Origin: a virus
Virus record (IMG/VR): IMGVR_UViG_3300037466_003379
Location: 1 to 64,000 of that record
Direction: 5' to 3' (one strand)
DNA length: 64,000 bases
A program made the translations under genes and the position numbers. The notes beneath the pieces were generated by a model that saw only the letters and a list, made by a program, of their open reading frames with translations, was not told the origin of the DNA and searched no databases. This document shows positions 28,618 to 37,082 of this stretch, piece after piece; position 1 is the stretch's first letter, and each line of letters starts with the position of its first letter.

Positions 28618-28982
28618 TGACCGAGGAGCAGCGCGAGCACCCGCTCGCCCCGGTCGTGCGCCGCGTCCGGCAGGTCCTTAACCACGGCGATCCGGGCGAC
28701 CTGGAGTACGCGGACGTCGACCGGCTGACGCGCGAGGCCGAGCGCACGGTCCGGGAGGAATCGACGACCCCGGCGCCGTTCGCCCGGGAGCTGGCGACCG
28801 GGTTGGTCGAGCCGGGCACGGACGACGCGAGGTGCATCCGGTGCGGCGCCCAGGCGATCCTCTACGCGCTCGACGTGGAGCAGTGGCAGTGGTTCACGTG
28901 CCTGGATCACCACGGCGTCGTGATCGCGGAGCTGCTGCGCGGGAAGCACGACGGGACGCGACCGCCCCTGCCGCCTCTCTGA
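28617..28982 (+). CDS. Hypothetical protein
   Basis: TGATG coupling; CIRC...CLDH. Confidence 0.6.
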   Translation: MTEEQREHPLAPVVRRVRQVLNHGDPGDLEYADVDRLTREAERTVREESTTPAPFARELATGLVEPGTDDARCIRCGAQAILYALDVEQWQWFTCLDHHGVVIAELLRGKHDGTRPPLPPL

Positions 28983-28983
28983 G

Positions 28984-29032
28984 TTTTCAGTATTGACGCC
29001 TCTCCGCCCACGCAGTACGGTTTAGCGGTACC
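28984..29032 (+). promoter_or_regulatory. Repeated promoter/operator copy 13
   Basis: TTTTCAGTATTGACG-N17-TACGGTTTAGCGGTACC. Confidence 0.85.
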
Positions 29033-29078
29033 AGGGAGCGACCACCCCCGCCCCCACCGCACACCCGAGGAGCACCCG

Positions 29079-29417
29079 ATGACCGCCACGCTCGCCGAGC
29101 CCACCACCGACCTCCCCGCCCTCGTCACCGCCTACCGCAGCGCCGACCTCGCCGCCTACAACGCCGAGAACGCCGAGCGCTGGAGCGAAGGCAGCAAGGC
29201 CGTCCTCCGCCGCCAGGACATCGCCGACCAGCTCCGCGCCACCGGCCACGACGAGCTGGCCCGCCTCCTCCGCCGCGAGCACCACGCCCGCCGGGGCCTC
29301 GTCAACACCCTCGCCACCGACCCCACCGACTACGACGAGGTCGAGCAGGAGCTGGACGAGCGCCTCGCCCACCTCGCCGCGACCCGCACCGCGATCCGCC
29401 GCTACCTCAAAGCCTGA
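29079..29417 (+). CDS. Hypothetical helical protein
   Basis: RBS motif. Confidence 0.75.
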   Translation: MTATLAEPTTDLPALVTAYRSADLAAYNAENAERWSEGSKAVLRRQDIADQLRATGHDELARLLRREHHARRGLVNTLATDPTDYDEVEQELDERLAHLAATRTAIRRYLKA

Positions 29418-29502
29418 CCCACCGGCCGCCCCGCACCCCGCGGGGCGGCCATTCTGTGTTCCGGCCCGACCACCCCCGGGCCCCAACCGAAGAGAGCACC
29501 CG

Positions 29503-29760
29503 ATGCCACAGCAGCTCGACCCTGGCGAGGTTCCGACCGTCGCCCTGACCGCGTTCGAGTTCCTCCGCGCCGCGACCGGCCACCCGATCCGCTGCCGAAC
29601 CCTCCACGGGCGTGACGTCCTGGTCCGCCTCTACACCCCAGACGAGTTCCTCCAGGCCGTCACCGAGGCCCGCGAAGGGGTCCCGGCGGACCAGTTGCCC
29701 CCGATGCCGACCCGCGAGGACGCCGAAGGGCTCTGCGCACCGCTGGCGGTGGAGGGATGA
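29503..29760 (+). CDS. Hypothetical protein
   Basis: GAGCACCCGATG start. Confidence 0.7.
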   Translation: MPQQLDPGEVPTVALTAFEFLRAATGHPIRCRTLHGRDVLVRLYTPDEFLQAVTEAREGVPADQLPPMPTREDAEGLCAPLAVEG

Positions 29761-30155
29761 CCAAGCCGATCGTCTGGGCAGACCCGACCGTCCGCGTCGG
29801 CGTCGTCCCGCCCGGAACCCACGACCGCGACGGCCGCCGCTCCGAAGGCTGGACGCTTGCCCTCAACAGCCCCACGGGCATCCTCATCCTCGACGCGAAG
29901 GACCGCGGCCGCGCCGCCCTGTTCACGCTCGTCGAGCGCATGTGGCGCGAGCTGGTCTCCGCGTGCATCGGTGAGCACGCCCAGGGCCTGCACACCAGCC
30001 CGGAGCCAGGCTGCCCGCGCTGCGAGGACGACCAGTGCGACCTCCCTGCCGAGCAGATCGCCCGCACCAGCCGGGTCCCGTACGCCGAGCTCGCCGCCCG
30101 CGCCGCCGCCGTCGGCCTGCCCGCCCCCGCGCCGGCGATCGGAGGTGGCCGCTGA
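29757..30155 (+). CDS. Hypothetical protein
   Basis: ATGA coupling. Confidence 0.65.
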   Translation: MTKPIVWADPTVRVGVVPPGTHDRDGRRSEGWTLALNSPTGILILDAKDRGRAALFTLVERMWRELVSACIGEHAQGLHTSPEPGCPRCEDDQCDLPAEQIARTSRVPYAELAARAAAVGLPAPAPAIGGGR

Positions 30156-30442
30156 TGCCGGTCGTCACCACCCCCGACGGGAGCGTGCTGACCTGCGACG
30201 GCTGCGACGCGCCCATCGAGCGGATCAACCACGACACGATGGTCTTCGACGTCGAGCCCGAGGTGCGGAAGCTGTTCCACGTCCCCGAGGGCGCCCAGCT
30301 CGCCTACGTCGTGTGCGAGCCCTTCCCCGGCCGCCCCTCCTGCCTGGAGAAGGCCCGCGTCCGCGCCGCCGAGCCGGTGGAAGCCGGACCGCACTGCCCG
30401 TGCAAGGCGTGCCGGGACCGCCGGAAGGGGCCCACCCAGTGA
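30155..30442 (+). CDS. Small Cys-rich protein
   Basis: TGATG coupling, GGAGG RBS. Confidence 0.6.
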   Translation: MPVVTTPDGSVLTCDGCDAPIERINHDTMVFDVEPEVRKLFHVPEGAQLAYVVCEPFPGRPSCLEKARVRAAEPVEAGPHCPCKACRDRRKGPTQ

Positions 30443-30693
30443 CCGCCGACCAGTTCGACCTGGCGATGGGCATCGTGTTCCGCCTCGCCCAGTACCTCGC
30501 CTGCGGCTTCCTCGTCGTGGCGCTGCTCCACGCACTGGGCGAGGCGAAGGCCCGACCCCTCGGCATGGGCCCGATCACCGTCGGCGGCCTCCTGGGGCGC
30601 GCCTGCCTGGTCGCGCTCTGGCCGGGCACGCTGATCTTCTGGTGGGTGATGTACGGCTGGGAGCTGCTGGAGATCGAGCGCCGCGACCAGTAG
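30439..30693 (+). CDS. Small membrane protein
   Basis: GTGA coupling; two TM segments, ALWP motif similar to 8911-9135. Confidence 0.6.
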   Translation: MTADQFDLAMGIVFRLAQYLACGFLVVALLHALGEAKARPLGMGPITVGGLLGRACLVALWPGTLIFWWVMYGWELLEIERRDQ

Positions 30694-30705
30694 CCCGGAC
30701 ACGAC

Positions 30706-30738
30706 GAAGGCCCCCGACCGATCCGGTCGGGGGCCTTC
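30706..30738. terminator. Bidirectional terminator
   Basis: gaaggcccccgaccg-atc-cggtcgggggccttc between convergent operons. Confidence 0.8.
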
Positions 30739-30751
30739 CTCATGCCCGGGG

Positions 30752-32443
30752 TCAGGCAGCCTCGCGCTGCTGCCCCGAACCCTTCACGTACGGCTTCCCG
30801 CGGCCGCCCGGCTGCGAGATCAAGCCGCCCTCTTCGAGCGCCCGCAGGTCGTTCTGGATCGTCTTCTGCGACGGCACCGGATCCCAGGTCGCGGACGCGG
30901 CGAGCACCGCGGCCAGCTTCGTCGGCCCGTCACCCACGACCTCGAGGATGAGGGCGCGCCGCCGCTCCACCGCGGACGGCTCCTCCACCACCGCAACCGG
31001 CGCAGACTGTCCGCCGTACTCCGCGGGCGTCTTCTTCGGCTCCGGATCGTCATCCGACACAGCGCCGTCCAGACGGTCCCGCCACATCGCCAGGTCGTAC
31101 CCTCCAGCCTCCGCGTCCGAGGGGTGCAGCGGCGAATCTGGGGCCGCCTGGGCGTAGCCGAACGGGTCCGCCACGACCCAGGTGCGGTGCATGGCCCGGC
31201 GCCCGTCCGGCCCGTACAGGTACGTCATGCCCTGCAGCGGGATCGTCTCCCCCGGGCGCGCCGGGTCGGGCTGAGTCTCGGGAAGCTCGTGCGGCTCGCA
31301 CCCGGCCATGCCGCCGGCGAAAGCCATGCCCTGCTCCGTGCTCGACCTCGTCTTGAAGGCGAGCACGTTGCCGGCGACCAGGCGGCGCAGGTCCGCGGAC
31401 CCCATCTCGTCCTGGCCGAGGTTCTGCCCGCACAGCACGAGCGCGACGCCGAGCGAGCGGCCGCCCTGCGCGATCTCGATGCCGAGCCGGATGGCCTCCT
31501 GCTTGAGCGCGACCCCGCCGGGCAGCTCGAGGAGCCGCTTGAGGAACTTCGGCCACTCGTCGACCACGCACCGCACGTAGCCGCGCCGCGCGAGCACCGG
31601 GTCGAAGTGCGAGATCCCGCGCCGCTGGCGGCCGCGGTCGTCGACCCACTCAAGGTTCGAGAGGTCGTACTCGCGGCGCCGCATGATCCGGACCGTGCTC
31701 CGGAGCATCCGCATGATGTTCCGCGGCGTCTCCGCGTAGTAGCCGAGAGCCTTGGACCGCTTCCACTCCGGGAAGCTGTTCCCGCCCTTCCCGTCACCGA
31801 GGAAGGTGTGGAACAGGGCGCGCTCGACACCGTCCGCGTCGACGAACCGCGGCCGCGACGTCTCGGACAGCATCGTCTGCAGGAACGCCGTCTTCCCCAT
31901 GCCCGGCGCCCCGGCGATCAGCCAGTTCACCGCGCCCGACCCCGGGATGTAGAGCTGCATGTGCGAGGTCATGCCGTCGACGTACCGGCCCGGCTTGTAG
32001 AGCCCCGTCGCCGGGTCGAACGTGAGGCCCGGCCACACCAGGTCCTCGAACAGCGGGTTCTCCTGCATCACCGTCACGACCGCGCGGGCGGCGTTCCGGT
32101 CGTGCGTCGGCCGGATGTCGACCGCATCGGCCGGCAGGAGCAGCGCGGCGGTGAGCTGCGGGGCGATGTTCATCGCCGAGCGCGTGGTCTGCCGTCCGCC
32201 TGGCGCGCACACGATCGTCGCCCGCCACCCGTCGGGGATCTGCTCGACGTCGACCAGCCGCGAGTTCGGCAGCAGCCCGTTCGGCCCCGACACGTGGGCC
32301 GCCCACTGGGCCTCCAGCCACGTCGCGTACTCGTCGAGCTCGGGCTCGAGCACGGGCGCCGGCGCGCGCAGCTCCCACCTCCGCCAGTACGGCCACGACG
32401 CCGCGGCCATGCCGAGGGCGCAGAGGGTGTCCGGATCAAGCAT
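30752..32443 (-). CDS. traB: TraB-like FtsK/SpoIIIE conjugative DNA translocase
   Basis: LIAGAPGMGKT, LGDGKGG, VVDEW, GRSLGVAL...Q, C-terminal wHTH. Confidence 0.82.
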   Translation of the reverse strand: MLDPDTLCALGMAAASWPYWRRWELRAPAPVLEPELDEYATWLEAQWAAHVSGPNGLLPNSRLVDVEQIPDGWRATIVCAPGGRQTTRSAMNIAPQLTAALLLPADAVDIRPTHDRNAARAVVTVMQENPLFEDLVWPGLTFDPATGLYKPGRYVDGMTSHMQLYIPGSGAVNWLIAGAPGMGKTAFLQTMLSETSRPRFVDADGVERALFHTFLGDGKGGNSFPEWKRSKALGYYAETPRNIMRMLRSTVRIMRRREYDLSNLEWVDDRGRQRRGISHFDPVLARRGYVRCVVDEWPKFLKRLLELPGGVALKQEAIRLGIEIAQGGRSLGVALVLCGQNLGQDEMGSADLRRLVAGNVLAFKTRSSTEQGMAFAGGMAGCEPHELPETQPDPARPGETIPLQGMTYLYGPDGRRAMHRTWVVADPFGYAQAAPDSPLHPSDAEAGGYDLAMWRDRLDGAVSDDDPEPKKTPAEYGGQSAPVAVVEEPSAVERRRALILEVVGDGPTKLAAVLAASATWDPVPSQKTIQNDLRALEEGGLISQPGGRGKPYVKGSGQQREAA

Positions 32444-32777
32444 CGGCAGCCACCCACAGAGCCCAGACCGCGGCGAAGCCGCCGAACAGAGCGGCCTCCC
32501 CGGGGTGGCGGCGCCGCATCCGGGCCTGCCCGACCAGGACGACGGCGGCGATCAGGACGAGCATCGCGACCGACCACGGCGACTGGCCGTGCCGGGCGGC
32601 GAGGCGCTCGACGAGCGTGCAGCCCCACACGAGGGCGATCCCGACGAGCGGAGCCAGGCCGCGGCGCGCACGGAACAGGCGCGACCGCAGCCGGGACATC
32701 GCGGACGGCTTCGGCTCCGGCATCTGCGGGACGACGTAGATCGGGGCGGCGGGCTTGGCCTTCGACCAGAGCGCCAC
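32436..32777 (-). CDS. Membrane protein, possibly the separated N-terminal TM part of TraB
   Basis: Three hydrophobic segments; 8-nt overlap with traB. Confidence 0.6.
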   Translation of the reverse strand: MALWSKAKPAAPIYVVPQMPEPKPSAMSRLRSRLFRARRGLAPLVGIALVWGCTLVERLAARHGQSPWSVAMLVLIAAVVLVGQARMRRRHPGEAALFGGFAAVWALWVAADA

Positions 32778-32866
32778 GGCTGCTCTCCTTCGTGCTGGTG
32801 GCCCGACCCGGCCCCGGGGAAGCGGGGTCGGGTCGGGCCGGTGGGGTGGTGCCCTGCGAACAGGTC

Positions 32867-33931
32867 TCAGGCGGACTGATCCAGGTAGGCGTCACGCTGT
32901 GCGGCGTGCTGCGCCTCCTGGTGCGCGGCGAGCAGGTTCCCGTGCCGCATGTGCACGTTCGTCTGCACCGTCGCGGCGTGCTCCTGCAGCTCGACGAACT
33001 CGGCCAGAGACGCCGGGTCCATGTCCTTCGCCGACAGGCCCTCACCCATCGCGGCGAGGTCGGCATTGAACTGGTTCACCAGCCGGTAGAAGGCGGGGAT
33101 CGACGCGGCGTCCCGGTCGACGTTCGCGTTGGTGTTGGTCGGTGCAGTCACGGGGGTGGTCCCTTCGGTGTCAGCCGCCGGGGCGGCCGGGGAGGTGGTC
33201 GGGTCGGTCGGTTGGGAGGCGCCGTCGCCGCCCTTCGGGGTCGGTGTCGGCTGCGGTGCAGCCGGGGTCGGATCGGCCGTACGGCCCAGATCGCGGGGGC
33301 CGCTGTTCGGAGGAGTGCCGTCCGGCGTGCGGGGCCGGTTCTGGACTCCGCATGCGCACTGGTCGCACTGGCAGCCCCGGGCCCCGTCGGTGTCGCGGTC
33401 GAGCGACAGGTGCCCGCACGCCGGGCAGGTGACGCGCCGGTCGCGCCGCCGGACCGCTGCGGATCGGTGGTCGGTGCCGGGCGGGAACCGGCGGCGGTCC
33501 CACTCGGCCTGCTGCAGCTCCCGCTGCCGCCGCCGCTTCGCCGCGGTAACCGCGTCAGAGCCGTAGTCGGCCACGTCCTCGACGCGGTCACGGAACCAGG
33601 CGAGCGGGCCGCGCTTCCCGCTGGACGAGCCGAACGGCTGAGCCTGGCGCATCCGGCGCCTGGACGACGCGGCCGGCCTGGACGACGTCCAGCCTCCAGC
33701 CGTCCCGCCTCCAGGGCTGGACGTCCAGCCGGAGCTGGACGGGCTGGACGTCCTGGACGATCCAGTCCCACGGGATCCAGCCGTCCCGCCCGCCCGGGTC
33801 CGACCGGAGCTGGACGAGCTGGACGACCCGTTCCCGGTGATCAGCCCTCCAGGCGTCCCGAGGGCGTCCAGGTGTCCAGTCGCCCGCATGATCCAGTAGG
33901 CGATCAGGACGCAGCCGAAGAACGGGTCCAT
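32867..33931 (-). CDS. Transfer-region protein (low complexity, Cys cluster)
   Basis: TGATG coupling; contains CTGGACG repeats. Confidence 0.65.
   Translation of the reverse strand: MDPFFGCVLIAYWIMRATGHLDALGTPGGLITGNGSSSSSSSGRTRAGGTAGSRGTGSSRTSSPSSSGWTSSPGGGTAGGWTSSRPAASSRRRMRQAQPFGSSSGKRGPLAWFRDRVEDVADYGSDAVTAAKRRRQRELQQAEWDRRRFPPGTDHRSAAVRRRDRRVTCPACGHLSLDRDTDGARGCQCDQCACGVQNRPRTPDGTPPNSGPRDLGRTADPTPAAPQPTPTPKGGDGASQPTDPTTSPAAPAADTEGTTPVTAPTNTNANVDRDAASIPAFYRLVNQFNADLAAMGEGLSAKDMDPASLAEFVELQEHAATVQTNVHMRHGNLLAAHQEAQHAAQRDAYLDQSA
33621..33871. repeat. CTGGACG heptamer cluster (~9 plus, ~3 minus)
   Basis: Counted by eye. Confidence 0.8.
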
Positions 33932-34341
33932 CAGCGCACCGCTCCGGACACGAGGTTGGACGCCCCGTTGGACAGGCTGTGCGACGCCGTCGAGACGATG
34001 CCCGGGATGGTGCCGCCGACGCTGGCCGCGACGATCGGCAGGAGCAGCGCGGCGACGGCGGTCATGCGGGTCGCGGCGCCCTTGTGCTTCGGCCACAGGT
34101 CGTGGACGACGACGAACAGCAGCACGATGAACAGCAGCACGCCGATCCCGGCGCCGATGATTGCGCCGGCGAGGCCGAGGAACATCGACAGCAGGCTCCC
34201 CAATCCGCCACCGGCGAATGCACCCCCTGCGGCGAACCACAGAAGCGCCGTGAATTTCGGCATCTTCCGCTTCCACATCAGAAGTGCGCCGAGGACCAGG
34301 AGCACGAGCCCGGTCAGCGAGAATCCGAGTGCCTGGAGCAT
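33931..34341 (-). CDS. 4-TM Spd-like membrane protein
   Basis: Hydrophobic, coupled within tra operon. Confidence 0.65.
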   Translation of the reverse strand: MLQALGFSLTGLVLLVLGALLMWKRKMPKFTALLWFAAGGAFAGGGLGSLLSMFLGLAGAIIGAGIGVLLFIVLLFVVVHDLWPKHKGAATRMTAVAALLLPIVAASVGGTIPGIVSTASHSLSNGASNLVSGAVR

Positions 34342-34841
34342 CAGCCGGTCACCCCTCCGACGGTCTTCACGATGAGCACGAGCGCGATCAGTGCGGCCGC
34401 GACTCCGGCGCGGGCCTTCCGCTCGAACAGGAACGCGGCGAAGTACAGGACGACGGTCGCGGGAACGGACCCGACCGCGAAGGGCAGGTCGAGGAGCGCG
34501 CACTCCCAGCGGCGGCCCGCCGCCCAGGACTCGCTGACGGCCTCGCAGTGGTAGCTGAGGACCTCCGCGGGGCTCGGGGGGCGCTGCTCCCAGAACGTGC
34601 CCGCCCGGCCGTCCTCGGGGGCGCTGGGGGCCTCCCCGGTGCCGCGGTGGCCGTCCCGGAACGGGCTGGAGAGCGCGCCCCAGACGGAGCGGCCTCGCGT
34701 ACGCGTGCGCGCGGGCGCGCGCGGCCCCGCGTTGGACCCCTCGGGGGTGGGGGCCTCCGGGTTGCCGTTGCCGTTGCCGTTGCCCCCCTCCCCCGCGGGG
34801 TAGGCGGGCTGCCAGGTCGACTCGTCGGCGGTCGTGGTCAT
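34341..34841 (-). CDS. Membrane protein of tra/spd operon
   Basis: FWEQRPPSPAEV; C-terminal TMs. Confidence 0.6.
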   Translation of the reverse strand: MTTTADESTWQPAYPAGEGGNGNGNGNPEAPTPEGSNAGPRAPARTRTRGRSVWGALSSPFRDGHRGTGEAPSAPEDGRAGTFWEQRPPSPAEVLSYHCEAVSESWAAGRRWECALLDLPFAVGSVPATVVLYFAAFLFERKARAGVAAALIALVLIVKTVGGVTG

Positions 34842-35089
34842 GCTGCCGATCCCTTCGTCTCGATCGCGGCGATGAGGCCGCCGATGGTCGTGAGCGCTTC
34901 CTCGGCGAGGGCCTGGACGAGCGCGGGCGGTGCGTGGCGGATGACGGCGGCGAGGTGCTCGCCGCGGACCCGGACGGCGGCGGCCGGGTCGGGGGCCTGG
35001 GCGACCCGCTCGTCGAAGAACGTGGTCCGGCGCGTGGCCGCGGCGACGGGGCCGAGGACCTTGCCGGTGATCTTGCGCCTTCCGGGCAT
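34838..35089 (-). CDS. Hypothetical protein
   Basis: GGAG RBS, coupled. Confidence 0.6.
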   Translation of the reverse strand: MPGRRKITGKVLGPVAAATRRTTFFDERVAQAPDPAAAVRVRGEHLAAVIRHAPPALVQALAEEALTTIGGLIAAIETKGSAA

Positions 35090-35103
35090 TTCTCCGCCTT
35101 TTC

Positions 35104-35331
35104 TTATTTACCCGAAACGTAATTGCCGATAACATTTCCGCGGGAATCGAGCAATTCAAGCTCGTATTCGCCGACCCGGCCGCGGCCATCCCGACCAGCC
35201 ACGTTCTCCAGCGCCCTCCGCAGAACCTCGTCCGAGTCGCCCTTCGCGAAATCGACGTGGATCATGATTTCGCCGCGCTCGATCATGTAGCCATTTCGGC
35301 GGACCCGGCATTTCACCAGCTCGGCCGCCAT
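35104..35331 (-). CDS. Hypothetical protein, lower GC
   Basis: TGATG coupling (MAAELVKCRV). Confidence 0.55.
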   Translation of the reverse strand: MAAELVKCRVRRNGYMIERGEIMIHVDFAKGDSDEVLRRALENVAGRDGRGRVGEYELELLDSRGNVIGNYVSGK

Positions 35332-36086
35332 CACACGGCCGCCTTCGTGAGGTGCTCGTCGGCGATCTTGATCAGCCGCTTCACCGGGCCCTCGCCGAGC
35401 CCGAGCTCCTGCATCAGCTTCGTCCGGCCGAGGCCCTCTCGGCGGAGCTTCACCGCCCGCTGGATCGTCACCCGGTCGAACTCGTCCGAGTCGCCCGGGA
35501 CGTCGTCCTGGACGTCGCCGGGACGTCCAGCGTCCAGCTCGTCCAGCTCGTCCCGTCCAGCGTCCAGCTCGTCGGGGGCGGAGCCGTCCAGCTCCTCCTG
35601 CTCGTCGCCGTCCAGCTCGTCCAGGTCCGGCCGTCCAGCGTCCAGGTCCTGGACGTCCAGCCGTCCAGCGTCCAGCCGTCCAGCGTCCTGGGCCTCCGGA
35701 CCGTCCATGTGCAGGACGGTCGCCAGGACGGGAGGCGGCAGGATCGCCAGCCCGACCGACGCGACCACCCAGGCGCCGCGTCCAGCGTCCACCGCGGCGG
35801 CGGCGTGCTCCAGCGCGTTGCCGACCATCGACACGAAGATCAGCGACAGCGACAGCCGACGGCCGACGGTCCGCTCGGTCGCAGTCGAGCTGCGCCGGCG
35901 CCAGGCGATCGTCCCGGCGAGCGCGCCCGCGTCGATCAGGACGGGCACGAGCCACGCGGAGTGCTCGGCGACACCGACGCGGACCGCGAGCGCCGCCAGG
36001 GCGTCGAAGCTCAGCCACGCACAGGCGACCGCCACGGCGAGCCGCGAGAGCGCCAGCGGGGCGCGGTCAGTGATCTTGCTCCACAC
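35331..36086 (-). CDS. DUF2637/Spd-like membrane protein with C-terminal HTH
   Basis: AWLSFDAL..LA...G.....AWLVPVLIDAG; SMVGNALEH; LGRTKLMQELGLG. Confidence 0.78.
   Translation of the reverse strand: MWSKITDRAPLALSRLAVAVACAWLSFDALAALAVRVGVAEHSAWLVPVLIDAGALAGTIAWRRRSSTATERTVGRRLSLSLIFVSMVGNALEHAAAAVDAGRGAWVVASVGLAILPPPVLATVLHMDGPEAQDAGRLDAGRLDVQDLDAGRPDLDELDGDEQEELDGSAPDELDAGRDELDELDAGRPGDVQDDVPGDSDEFDRVTIQRAVKLRREGLGRTKLMQELGLGEGPVKRLIKIADEHLTKAAV
35508..35785. repeat. CGTCCAG heptamer cluster (~15 copies; reverse complement of the 33.6-kb cluster motif)
   Basis: Copies at 35524, 35531, 35540, 35554, 35561, 35585, 35609, 35618, 35632, 35639, 35654, 35662, 35669, 35677, 35779. Confidence 0.85.
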
Positions 36087-36150
36087 GGTGGAACCTCTCG
36101 GGGTTGCGTGCGCGCGGTCGCGCACGGGCGCGTGCACGCGCGAGGACGGG

Positions 36151-36555
36151 TCAGGCAGCAGCACGCCGGCGACGGCGGACGCTGCGGATCGGAATGACGG
36201 GGGCGAGGCCCTGGGAGGCCGGAGGGGTCGGGCCGACGCGGAGCCACGCCCGCAGCTCCGGGCCGATGCGGTACCGCCAGACGACGAGGAACACCGCCGT
36301 CCCACCGGACGCCCACGCCCCGGCGGTCCCACCGAGGTGCGCCAGCTCGTACGTGGACGCGGCGATCCACAGCACGCACGCCGGGGCCGGGCTCATGCCG
36401 TCTCCGATCGGAGCGACCTTCGGGACGGGCCCGAACATCCGGACCAGCCGCCGCGCGGTGAGCCGCCGGGCCGACCGGCGGACCGCTCGCAGCTCGGGGC
36501 CGTCCGGCACGTCGGCCAGGCAGCGGCCGTCCTCGTCGCGCTCGCGCTCGATCAC
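36151..36555 (-). CDS. Membrane protein
   Basis: GTGA coupling. Confidence 0.5.
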   Translation of the reverse strand: MIERERDEDGRCLADVPDGPELRAVRRSARRLTARRLVRMFGPVPKVAPIGDGMSPAPACVLWIAASTYELAHLGGTAGAWASGGTAVFLVVWRYRIGPELRAWLRVGPTPPASQGLAPVIPIRSVRRRRRAAA

Positions 36556-36839
36556 AGCTTCGCCAGCTTCCAGGTGCCCAGCAGCGCGGCAGGAGCGAAC
36601 AGGGCGAACGGCGCGGCCAGCGCCACCGGCAGGCCGCCGGTCGCGGTCGCCACGTGGTCGCCGATCAGGCCGAAGAAGGCCAGGACCAGCGCCGCCATCA
36701 CCCACCGCACGACCGCGGCCTCCGGCAGCGGCGGCGCCGGGGCGCACGGGTCGAACGGCTCATCGTCATCGTCGACGGTCCAGGGGTTGAGGTCGTCGGG
36801 CTGGGGCTGGGGCTGGGCTTCGGGGTCCGTGCAGGTCAC
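36552..36839 (-). CDS. Membrane protein, first of tra/spd operon
   Basis: GGAGG RBS; two TMs. Confidence 0.6.
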   Translation of the reverse strand: MTCTDPEAQPQPQPDDLNPWTVDDDDEPFDPCAPAPPLPEAAVVRWVMAALVLAFFGLIGDHVATATGGLPVALAAPFALFAPAALLGTWKLAKL

Positions 36840-37082
36840 GGGTACCTCCGGGTTTCGCGTGCTCGGGTACGCGCACGGCGGCGTGCGCGCGTAAGGGATT
36901 CCGGCCGCTCCCGCCAGGGACCCGAGGGGGGACCCGGTCCGGCCAGCGGGAGCGGCCGATGAGCCGAGTATTCACACGACGACTGAATCACGCTAGGGTC
37001 ACCCCACAGATTCACTGGACGATTGACTCGATTGGAGCAGCGGGAGACACTGACCCGGCCAACACCGGGAAGGGGACCCCCG

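Noticed and set aside
30752-32443. Chromosomal FtsK or type VII secretion EccC
   Set aside because: Single ATPase domain in a Spd-like operon beside parA; no ESX or division genes
31124-34375. 1083-aa plus-strand ORF (also 21374-23170, 46426-48771, 48829-50814, 56424-58562)
   Set aside because: Antisense shadows of real genes in high-GC DNA; no motifs
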